From NCBI GenBank assembly GCA_022653695.1, contig JALCSW010000001.1:53979-117978 (forward strand): a stretch of DNA of 64,000 nucleotides. The letters are read 5' to 3'. The notes beneath the pieces are model-generated. The model was not told the DNA's origin and did not search any database. It was given only the letters and a program-made list of their open reading frames with translations. This document shows positions 44,386 through 52,140 of the stretch, piece after piece. The stretch's first letter is position 1, and every line of letters begins with the position of its first letter. A program made the position numbers and the translations under genes. The stretch comes from Bacilli bacterium. GTDB taxonomy: Bacteria; Bacillota_I; Bacilli_A; RFN20; CAG-826.

Positions 44386-45395
44386 TCACCATTTACGACA
44401 TCGCCAAAAAAGCCGGCGTCTCGCCCAGCACCGTCAGCAAAGTCATCAACGATTACAAAGCCATCCCCGAGGAAACGAAAGAAAAAGTCCATCGTATCAT
44501 GGATGAGATGAACTACATTCCCAACACCGGCGCCAAAGCCTTAAGCAGCCGCAAGAGTTACAACGTTGGGATCTTAGCCTACTTCGGAATGAAAATATCG
44601 CCTTTCAAGCACACTCTTTTCACCGATATCCTCGATTCCTTCCAAACCGAGATGAACGCTCAGAACTACGACCTTCTTTTCATCTCCCATAACGTGGCCG
44701 GCCAAAACGGCTCTTTCTACAAAAACTGCATCTCCCGCGACGTCGCCGGCGTCTTGCTTTTCGGCAACACCAACAACGAGGAAATGCAAGAAGTCATCCA
44801 CAGTTCCATCCCCAAGGTCTGCTTCGATTACGTGGGCGGGGAAATGACGAGCGTCCATAGCGACAACTACGCCAAAATGAAGGAACTCACGAAACGGCTC
44901 ATCGAGATGGGCCACCGCAACATCTTCTTCGTCCACGGCGAACCCAACGGGGTCACCTCCGAACGTATCGCGGGTTTTAAGGACGCTCTCAAGGAAGCGG
45001 GCATCCCCCTTAAGGACTCGATGCTCCAAGAAAGCATGTATCTCGACAACGAGCACATCCGCTCCCTCACGACCGATATCTTGCGGCAACCTCGCGATGT
45101 GCCTACCGCCATCATGTACCCTGACGACTATTCGGCCATCCAGGGCATCGCCGCCATCAAAAAAGAAGGCCTTTCCTGCCCTAAGGACATCTCGGTCACG
45201 GGCTTCGACGGCATATTCTCGGGGCAAGTGACGAACCCCCGTCTCACCACGGTAAAGCAAAATACCGAGGAAATAGGGCAAACGCTCGCCAAATCGCTCA
45301 TCGAGTGCATCGAGAGAAAGAGAGTTGAGCCTCGTTCGATTGAGATCAAGGCAACCATTCTTAGCGGGGAGAGCACCGGCCCCGCCCGAAAGTAA
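44382..45395 (+). CDS. LacI-family transcriptional regulator
   Basis: 337 aa. N-terminal HTH (MITIYDIAKKAGVSPSTVSKVIN) and periplasmic-binding-protein-like sugar-binding core. Confidence 0.85.
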   Translation: MITIYDIAKKAGVSPSTVSKVINDYKAIPEETKEKVHRIMDEMNYIPNTGAKALSSRKSYNVGILAYFGMKISPFKHTLFTDILDSFQTEMNAQNYDLLFISHNVAGQNGSFYKNCISRDVAGVLLFGNTNNEEMQEVIHSSIPKVCFDYVGGEMTSVHSDNYAKMKELTKRLIEMGHRNIFFVHGEPNGVTSERIAGFKDALKEAGIPLKDSMLQESMYLDNEHIRSLTTDILRQPRDVPTAIMYPDDYSAIQGIAAIKKEGLSCPKDISVTGFDGIFSGQVTNPRLTTVKQNTEEIGQTLAKSLIECIERKRVEPRSIEIKATILSGESTGPARK

Positions 45396-45402
45396 GAAAA
45401 GA

Positions 45403-45440
45403 AAACCCGTTTCGGTCCGCAAGACGAAACGGGTTTTTAA
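45403..45440. terminator. bidirectional rho-independent terminator
   Basis: AAACCCGTTTCG-loop-CGAAACGGGTTT flanked by A and T runs, between convergent genes. Confidence 0.75.
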
Positions 45441-45455
45441 AACGCTTGGCGCTTC

Positions 45456-46958
45456 TTATGCGTGCCCTTCGTAGACAAGGGAGACGTCGTCGAAGCAGGC
45501 GCTGCCGCTGGAGGCGACGAGACGAACCTCAAGGGTTTTGGCCTTAGCGGGGACCGTGATCTCGCCGGAATAGGTCTTGTAAGCGTCGGCGGAATCGATG
45601 GCGATCGTGGTCGCGGGGGCCACGTCAAGCCCCAAACGGCTGAGATAATGGATCTCAAGGGCTCCGGCGCCGGAGGCAACGTTCTTCCCGGCGAACGAAT
45701 AGCGGTATCGGTAGCCTTCGTAGGCACTGCCGATATTCTGGGCGAAAATCATCGGCTCGGTCGCGGCGGCGGTCAGCCGCAAGGCCTTCGATCCGCTCGC
45801 GGAATCGCTCACGAACTCGCTGGTCCCGTCCCCGGCGTCGCTCTTGAGCCAACCCATGTAAGACGAGTCTTGCCTAGCAATCGCGCTGCGCTCCATGTCG
45901 CCGTTAGAAAGGCGATTGGCGTTTTTGACGTCGGAATAATCGATCGAATCGATTCCGGCCATCGAGGGGTCGACTTGCGTGTAACCGGCTTTGGCTCGCG
46001 ACTCCTCGTAATACTGCGTTTCGTCGAAGGCGGTGTACTTGATGGATTTGACGAGCATGAAATCCTCGTCGAAGGCCGCCATGTTGGTCCAGTTGGGGAA
46101 CCACAGCCCGATCCATAGCGGCATGTCGATGTCGGTGACGACGCCTCCGCTCACGGAAGCGATGCAGACACCATCGACGAACCAATCGACTTTGCCTTTG
46201 TCGGTGCCGTTGTAATTGGTGTACCAATCGAAGGTGTACTTATGGAAACTGCCGTCGTTCAGATAGCAAAGCGATGAAGTGTCCACGTTGACGGTCTGCT
46301 TGTTGGTCTTTTTGGTCCAGCTCGTGCACCACTCATGGGAAAAGGTGTCTTTCTCCGCCTCCCCGCCGATCTCGATGTCGATCTCGTTTTGGGACGTGTT
46401 CTCGTTTCCGGTCTCACATAGGTAGGTCCACATGGCCGAAACGCCGCCATAGCGTGGCATCGCCGCCATATCGATCTCATAGCGGCCCGGCGCCAAGTGG
46501 TTCTTGCTGATCAGGCATCCGCCCTCGGGCAGGATATAGCCATTCGCATCGACTTTGCTGTCGGAAGATGAGCTATACATGCCGCGGCCTTTGATGCCGA
46601 GGTAGGTTTCGTCACCATCCTTAACATAATAGAGGTTACGCGCCTGAACCCCGTTATGGGGATAAGAAGTCGCGTCGTTCTGCCACACGCCGGATAGGGC
46701 GTTCCAATAATCGTCGTTAAGAGCCCCTCCGCTTAGTTCCTCGTCGATATTGAGGTCGCATCCCGCGTCGAAGCCAACGCGGGTATTCACGTGATCGTAA
46801 TAGGCCGTCCCGTTAAACGGGGTGTCGTCAAGATCGGGTTCAAGGCCGCTTGAGGAAACGGCGGAAGAGCCCAAACTTGAGGCTTCGCCACAGGCGGCCA
46901 AAGGCAAAAACGCGAGGGCGGAGATCAGAAGGGCGAAAGGCTTTTTATTTGGTTTCAT
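45456..46958 (-). CDS. GH16-family beta-glucanase (laminarinase-type) lipoprotein with C-terminal carbohydrate-binding module
   Basis: 500 aa. Lipobox LAACGE. GH16 catalytic motif EIDIEIGGE. C-terminal ~140-aa CBM4_9/CBM22-like jelly roll ending ...CFDDVSLVY. Confidence 0.75.
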   Translation of the reverse strand: MKPNKKPFALLISALAFLPLAACGEASSLGSSAVSSSGLEPDLDDTPFNGTAYYDHVNTRVGFDAGCDLNIDEELSGGALNDDYWNALSGVWQNDATSYPHNGVQARNLYYVKDGDETYLGIKGRGMYSSSSDSKVDANGYILPEGGCLISKNHLAPGRYEIDMAAMPRYGGVSAMWTYLCETGNENTSQNEIDIEIGGEAEKDTFSHEWCTSWTKKTNKQTVNVDTSSLCYLNDGSFHKYTFDWYTNYNGTDKGKVDWFVDGVCIASVSGGVVTDIDMPLWIGLWFPNWTNMAAFDEDFMLVKSIKYTAFDETQYYEESRAKAGYTQVDPSMAGIDSIDYSDVKNANRLSNGDMERSAIARQDSSYMGWLKSDAGDGTSEFVSDSASGSKALRLTAAATEPMIFAQNIGSAYEGYRYRYSFAGKNVASGAGALEIHYLSRLGLDVAPATTIAIDSADAYKTYSGEITVPAKAKTLEVRLVASSGSACFDDVSLVYEGHA

Positions 46959-46965
46959 GCTTGTT

Positions 46966-46985
46966 TTGGGAAATCGGTTTCTCTA
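46966..46985. promoter_or_regulatory. LacI-type operator copy (TTGGGAAATCGGTTTCTCTAA) downstream of the GH16 gene promoter on the minus strand
   Basis: Left arm and CG centre conserved. Right arm has a 1-nt insertion. Confidence 0.45.
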
Positions 46986-46990
46986 ATCAA

Positions 46991-47019
46991 AATATAACTT
47001 GTATTCGGTCCTTTTACAA
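46991..47019 (-). promoter_or_regulatory. sigma-A promoter for the GH16 gene (minus strand TTGTAA-17-TATATT)
   Basis: Reverse complement of 46991-47019 gives TTGTAA ... TATATT with a 17-nt spacer. Confidence 0.5.
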
Positions 47020-47036
47020 CATGCGATTTGAAAAAG

Positions 47037-47050
47037 TGAAAGCGCTTCCT
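47037..47050. promoter_or_regulatory. cre-like site TGAAAGCGCTTCCT (perfect match to TGWAARCGYTWNCW) between divergent promoters
   Basis: 14/14 match to the cre consensus. Placed between the divergent GH16 and SBP promoters. Confidence 0.55.
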
Positions 47051-47058
47051 GAATTTCG

Positions 47059-47087
47059 TTGACGGGAAGCCGTCCCATCCATATAAT
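47059..47087 (+). promoter_or_regulatory. consensus sigma-A promoter TTGACG-17-TATAAT for the sugar ABC operon
   Basis: -35 at 47059-47064, -10 at 47082-47087. Identical architecture to the 34090 promoter. Confidence 0.65.
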
Positions 47088-47095
47088 GAGATCGG

Positions 47096-47115
47096 TTAGG
47101 AAATCGATTTCTTAA
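47096..47115. promoter_or_regulatory. LacI-type operator TTAGGAAATCGATTTCTTAA
   Basis: 20-bp palindrome with ATCGAT centre and one arm mismatch, 8 nt after the -10 box. Confidence 0.6.
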
Positions 47116-47136
47116 ACCCTTAAGGAGAAGAGCAAA

Positions 47137-48612
47137 ATGAGTAAAAAACATGGATTGTCCGCCTTTATCATGGGATTGGCCCTAACGGCTTCTTTGGCCG
47201 CTTGCGGCGATACGAGCGGAGCGGCGAACTCCGGAGCCGGACGCAGTTCCAACGGCGGTTCGAACGATGAATTGTGGATCTGTGTCTACGATGGCGGATA
47301 TGGAACCCAATGGTTGAAGGACGTCGGCGCGGAATTCACCGCGGCGACCGGCATCAGCGTCCATTATGATGCCGACACCTCTCTTCTCGACCGCATCGAA
47401 AGCGCCCTCCGAGACGGGGGCGATTACGATCTCTATATGTCGCACGGCCTCAACTGGCAAACCTACGCCGCCAACGGCTGGCTCGCCTCGCTTGACGACG
47501 TTTATTCAAGCCCGGTCGAAGGCTTCAACGGCACTTTTGCCGACCGCGTGATCAATGGGGCCGGCGATTTCAGCAAAACGATCGGAAAAGACAACGCGGA
47601 GCATTATTACAAAGCCTGCTACACCCAAGGAGCCGGCGGCTTCGTCTATAACATGAACATGTTCGAGAAAAACGGCTGGAGCGTCCCGAAGACTTATGCC
47701 GATCTGGTCAACCTTTGCGGCACGATCAATGCCGCGGGGCTTAAGAACGCCCTCAATAAACCCGTCAGGCCTTTCGCCTGGAGCGGAAGAGACCGCGAGT
47801 ATTACTGGGACTATCCGCTATTCGAATGGTGGGCTCAGTTAGCCGGCGTCGACAAAGTCGAAACCGTCCATAAGTACCTCGGTCCGACCGGGCAGTACTC
47901 CGACGGCTACGAAATGTATAACCCCAACACCTATTACAAGGAGTTCATGCAGGCTTACGATATGTGGTACGACCTCATCGGAAACAATAGCGGCAATTAT
48001 TGCACGAACGACTATTCGGCGACCCTAAGCACCGCCAAAGCCGAATTCATCACCGGACAAGCCGCGATGATCCCTTACGCCCAATGGGCCAAATACGAAC
48101 TCGAGGAGCTCAACGACGGGCCGCTCGATTTCAACATCGCCATGATGCCGACCCCGAAGGCCACCGCTTCCTCGATCGACGTCAACTACCGCGTCGGCTT
48201 CGGCGATTCCATGATCGTCCCTTCCAACGCCGTCAACGTGAGCGCCGCCAAGAAATTCATCAACTTCATGGCTACCGAACAAGCCTGCAAGACTTTTGTC
48301 AAGGATAGCCGCGGCGCCTTCCTCGCCTTCAACTATGGCGACATCGACATGAGCGACATCGAAAAGGACGATCCTTATATCAAGAGCGTTCATCAGAAAG
48401 TCAATTTCACGGGTATCAGCGACGCTTCGACGAACCCCATCACCTATCGCAACATCAACTGCGTCATGCCGTGGGTCCTTAACAAGTACTACTACAAGAG
48501 TTGCTGCAGCGATCCCTCGAACTTCACCGCTTCCAAAGTCGGCGCCGAGGTTTACGCGACCGCCAAAGAAAACTGGGCCACCTGGCTCCGCAACGCCTCC
48601 CTTAGCGACTAA
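47137..48612 (+). CDS. sugar ABC transporter substrate-binding lipoprotein (SBP family 1)
   Basis: 491 aa. Lipobox LAACGD. Extracellular solute-binding family-1 fold. AAGGAGAAGAG SD. Confidence 0.85.
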   Translation: MSKKHGLSAFIMGLALTASLAACGDTSGAANSGAGRSSNGGSNDELWICVYDGGYGTQWLKDVGAEFTAATGISVHYDADTSLLDRIESALRDGGDYDLYMSHGLNWQTYAANGWLASLDDVYSSPVEGFNGTFADRVINGAGDFSKTIGKDNAEHYYKACYTQGAGGFVYNMNMFEKNGWSVPKTYADLVNLCGTINAAGLKNALNKPVRPFAWSGRDREYYWDYPLFEWWAQLAGVDKVETVHKYLGPTGQYSDGYEMYNPNTYYKEFMQAYDMWYDLIGNNSGNYCTNDYSATLSTAKAEFITGQAAMIPYAQWAKYELEELNDGPLDFNIAMMPTPKATASSIDVNYRVGFGDSMIVPSNAVNVSAAKKFINFMATEQACKTFVKDSRGAFLAFNYGDIDMSDIEKDDPYIKSVHQKVNFTGISDASTNPITYRNINCVMPWVLNKYYYKSCCSDPSNFTASKVGAEVYATAKENWATWLRNASLSD

Positions 48613-48621
48613 GGTGCCCTT

Positions 48622-49641
48622 ATGACCAAACTCGCGGCGCCGGTAATCGAAGCAAAAGTGGCCCCCGCTCCCAAAAAGCGGAAGGCCCACAAGGGGAACT
48701 GGAAGACATATCTCTTCGTCTTTCTCATGCTTCTTTACCCGCTCGCGCAGTTCTGCCTCATGTGGTTCGGGGTCAATATCAATTCGATTTTCCTGACCTT
48801 CAAATCCATTGATCCGGCCACGAACGTCCTTACGTGGAATCTTTCGATTCCCTATCTTTGGGAGCAGGAAGGCGATGCGTTTGGGGTGTTCTTCTACAAT
48901 TACAAGACCCTGTTCCTCAGCCTTACGACCAAAACGGTTAGCGATATGTTCCTATCATCCTTCGCCTATTTGGTCATCTCTTGCTTCGTCACCCTCCCGA
49001 TCGCTCTCTTCATGAGCTATTTCATCTTCAAAAAGATTATCGGGGCCTCCTTTTACAAAACCATCTTTTTCATCCCTTCGATCTTCCCGCTGTTCATCCT
49101 TTGCCTCGTGTTCTCGCTGTCTTTGTCCTCAAGCGGGGGCATCATCCCGGGGATACTTAGCAAAATGGGAATCGATTACGGCGATTTCTTCAACAACATC
49201 TTCCTCGGCGAAAACGTCGGCGACAGCGCTTCATGGGCCGTGTGGGTCTTCTTCCTTTGGAGCGGGCTCGGTTACGACATCATCCTTTTGACCGCCGGCA
49301 TGAGCCGCATTCCGCGGGATATTTTGGAAAGCTGCCGCATGGATGGCGTGAGTCCGATGAAAGAGTTTTTCCGGATCATCGTACCCCTCACTTGGCCCAC
49401 CATAACCACCCTTTTCATCTTCGGCATGATGGCCATCTTCAGCACCACCTTCCAGCCTTTCTTCCTTACGAGCGGCCGCTACGCGACCATGACGATCGGC
49501 TTGCAGATATACCAGTCGAGCCAAGGAACGGCCTTGCAAACGCCGGCCACTTTAGGTCTCTTCTGCTCATTGGTGGCCGCTCCGGTCATCATCGCGACGC
49601 GCAACGGACTCAACCGCTGCTTCAAGAACGTGGGGTTTTGA
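48622..49641 (+). CDS. carbohydrate ABC transporter permease (MalF/UgpA-like)
   Basis: 339 aa, 6 TM. EAA-loop region (SRIPRDILESCRMDG). Confidence 0.85.
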   Translation: MTKLAAPVIEAKVAPAPKKRKAHKGNWKTYLFVFLMLLYPLAQFCLMWFGVNINSIFLTFKSIDPATNVLTWNLSIPYLWEQEGDAFGVFFYNYKTLFLSLTTKTVSDMFLSSFAYLVISCFVTLPIALFMSYFIFKKIIGASFYKTIFFIPSIFPLFILCLVFSLSLSSSGGIIPGILSKMGIDYGDFFNNIFLGENVGDSASWAVWVFFLWSGLGYDIILLTAGMSRIPRDILESCRMDGVSPMKEFFRIIVPLTWPTITTLFIFGMMAIFSTTFQPFFLTSGRYATMTIGLQIYQSSQGTALQTPATLGLFCSLVAAPVIIATRNGLNRCFKNVGF

Positions 49642-49644
49642 TTT

Positions 49645-50592
49645 ATGGGTCCAGCCACTTGGTTTAAAAAGAAATTCCGCGCTCGGCGCGAGGAGTCGCG
49701 CCAAACTTCCTACGAGAGAAAGCACGACATCCTTTATAAGCGCAAAGGAGGCGAGAAAGTTCTCTTCATCGTCATGGGGGTTATCTTCGTCGTCTTCGCG
49801 ATCACCTTCATTTTCCCCTTCCTTTGGATCCTCATGAATTCCTTCAAGGGCAAACTCGAGTTCGCCATGGATTTCATGGGTTGGCCGGTGGCCTGGAACT
49901 GGAGCAATTTCGCCAAGGCCGTCACGTTCCAAAGCGCCGAAACGCATAACTACACCGTCTTCCAAATGATGGGCATGAGCTTGCTCGTCGCCGGCGGAGG
50001 AACCCTCGCCACGGTCATCACTTCCAGCTGCGCGGCCTACGTGGTCGCCAAATACAAGTTCCCCGGGCGCGGCCTCATCTTCAGCGTCGTCATCTTCTCG
50101 ATGATCATCCCGATCGTCGGTTCCTTGCCTTCTCAGATCCAACTTATGCGGGCGATGGGCCTCGATAACACCGTCATCGGTTTGATATTCCTTTATTCAG
50201 GCGGCTTCGGCAGCAATTTCCTGCTCCTATACGGTTTCTTCAAAAACCTCAGTTGGACCTACGTCGAGGCGGCCAAGATCGATGGGGCCAGCGACTTCCG
50301 CATCTTCCTGCAGATCATCCTTCCGATGGCCAAAGGCCCGATCACCGCGGTCGGCATCCTCTCGCTCATCGGACTATGGAACGATTACTTCAACCCATCC
50401 ATCTTCCTTTCCAAACAACCCACGATCGCGGTCGGCATCTATTACATGCAGAACGCGATGCTCGAGACGAAAGGCAACTACCCAATGTTCTTCGCCACCG
50501 TCATCATCACCCTGATTCCGATTCTGCTGGTCTTCCTTTGCTTCAGCAAAACCATCATGGAGAACACCTCCGTCGGTGGCTTAAAAGGATAA
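49645..50592 (+). CDS. carbohydrate ABC transporter permease (MalG/UgpE-like)
   Basis: 315 aa, 6 TM. EAA motif (YVEAAKIDGASDFRIF). Confidence 0.85.
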   Translation: MGPATWFKKKFRARREESRQTSYERKHDILYKRKGGEKVLFIVMGVIFVVFAITFIFPFLWILMNSFKGKLEFAMDFMGWPVAWNWSNFAKAVTFQSAETHNYTVFQMMGMSLLVAGGGTLATVITSSCAAYVVAKYKFPGRGLIFSVVIFSMIIPIVGSLPSQIQLMRAMGLDNTVIGLIFLYSGGFGSNFLLLYGFFKNLSWTYVEAAKIDGASDFRIFLQIILPMAKGPITAVGILSLIGLWNDYFNPSIFLSKQPTIAVGIYYMQNAMLETKGNYPMFFATVIITLIPILLVFLCFSKTIMENTSVGGLKG

Positions 50593-50620
50593 TAACTAAT
50601 TTCATGAAAGGAGAAAAACA

Positions 50621-52090
50621 ATGAAAAAAGTTACAAAAAACGCTACGTTCGCTTTGCTAGTCGCCTTCGCTCTCGTCGGGGCCGCCTCGTGTTCCTGCAA
50701 AAGCGTCGGTACCTCGGGGGAATCCGCTGGAACGTCCGGCGGAAACTCCGGATCGCCCACCCCGAGCGCCCAGGTCTTCAAAGACAATAAGGCCTATTAC
50801 GACACAAGCGCGGACGCTTATGACCTGAGCGTGGAAACGGGCCTTACCGGAGAGGCGACTTCCGTCAAAGTCGGGCGGAGCGAAGCCAGCGCGGATCAGT
50901 ACTCACTCGACGGCAACGGGGTCTTGACCCTTTCCGGGTCCTTCTTGTCAAGCCTTAACGCCGGCGAGAAGGAAGTCTCCCTCGTCGCGGGAGGCAAGAA
51001 AGCCACCATCGACCTCTTCATGGCCACCAAAGTCATCAAAACCGCCGACGAGTTTCAGGCCATCAACGACGATTTGACCGGTTATTACGTCCTTGGCAAC
51101 GACATCGACCTGTCCTCGATTCAAAACTTCGAGCCTTTGGGCAAGTATTGGAGCGAAACGGACACCAACAACGCTTATTTCCATGGCATCCTCGAGGGCA
51201 ACGGTCACACGATCGAGAACGCCAACGTCCTCTATAGCGACAGCGTCGCCACCAATTACAACGTCTATAGCAACAGCGGGAATTACAAGTTCGACTTAAG
51301 CTGCCACTCGGCCGGTGACAACATCGGCCTCTTCCAGATCATTGGCAGCTCCGGCGTCGTCCGCGATTGCAATTTCAAGAACATCAAAGTGCGGGGCCGC
51401 ACGATTTGCGGGGTCATCGCCGGCAACTGCTCCGGAACGGTCTACAACTGCCATATCGACAGCTCCTGCTCCGTTGAGATGGGCACCCACTTCTACGACG
51501 ACGACTGCAATATGGGCGGGGCCTTCGGCATCGTGGCCGGAACCGGGAACGTGTACAACCTCGTCAGCGAGGTCACGAGCCTGACCCTTGGGGCGACCGG
51601 TTCGAGCACCGTCAACGGGGTCTCGGTCGAAAAAGCCGGCATCTTCTTGGACTGGGATGACGATTACATCGGCCAAACCGGCAACGGCTGGGACCATGGC
51701 GAAGGCACCGACAACCCCTGGTGGAAGTTCTGCGGGGTCGACAAAGTCAACTCCAGCAGCGTCGCTTATACCGACAGCAACGGCGCCCCCACCAACGGCG
51801 AATACGCTTTCGTCGGCAAGTGCTGGGGCAACGTCAGCGACTGCGTCGCGAAAGCCTTCAACGTCGTGCCGATGGACGGATCGGCGAGACCGATTTATTT
51901 CGGGCAAACCCATCTCGGAGCCAACAAACCCACGAGCGGAGAGAGCGATCTCGGATCGCTGACCGACGATGTCCTTCTCGATTCCTCCGGCCTTAAGACG
52001 GCTTCCAACTACGCAAGCTTCGATAACGAGGTCTGGAACATCCAAGACGGCTCGGTCCCAAGCCTCAACGCCTATTACGAATTCGAATAA
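50621..52090 (+). CDS. surface lipoprotein with GLUG-motif beta-helix-like domain
   Basis: 489 aa. Lipobox ASCSC. GLUG-like motifs (FHGILEGNGHTIENANV; NIGLFQIIGSSGVVRDCNFKNIKV). Many Gly/Asn-rich turns. Confidence 0.5.
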   Translation: MKKVTKNATFALLVAFALVGAASCSCKSVGTSGESAGTSGGNSGSPTPSAQVFKDNKAYYDTSADAYDLSVETGLTGEATSVKVGRSEASADQYSLDGNGVLTLSGSFLSSLNAGEKEVSLVAGGKKATIDLFMATKVIKTADEFQAINDDLTGYYVLGNDIDLSSIQNFEPLGKYWSETDTNNAYFHGILEGNGHTIENANVLYSDSVATNYNVYSNSGNYKFDLSCHSAGDNIGLFQIIGSSGVVRDCNFKNIKVRGRTICGVIAGNCSGTVYNCHIDSSCSVEMGTHFYDDDCNMGGAFGIVAGTGNVYNLVSEVTSLTLGATGSSTVNGVSVEKAGIFLDWDDDYIGQTGNGWDHGEGTDNPWWKFCGVDKVNSSSVAYTDSNGAPTNGEYAFVGKCWGNVSDCVAKAFNVVPMDGSARPIYFGQTHLGANKPTSGESDLGSLTDDVLLDSSGLKTASNYASFDNEVWNIQDGSVPSLNAYYEFE

Positions 52091-52140
52091 ACGGTTCTGG
52101 CCGCCCTTGTGGCGGCCCTCCCAAAAAGAGGATCAACATC

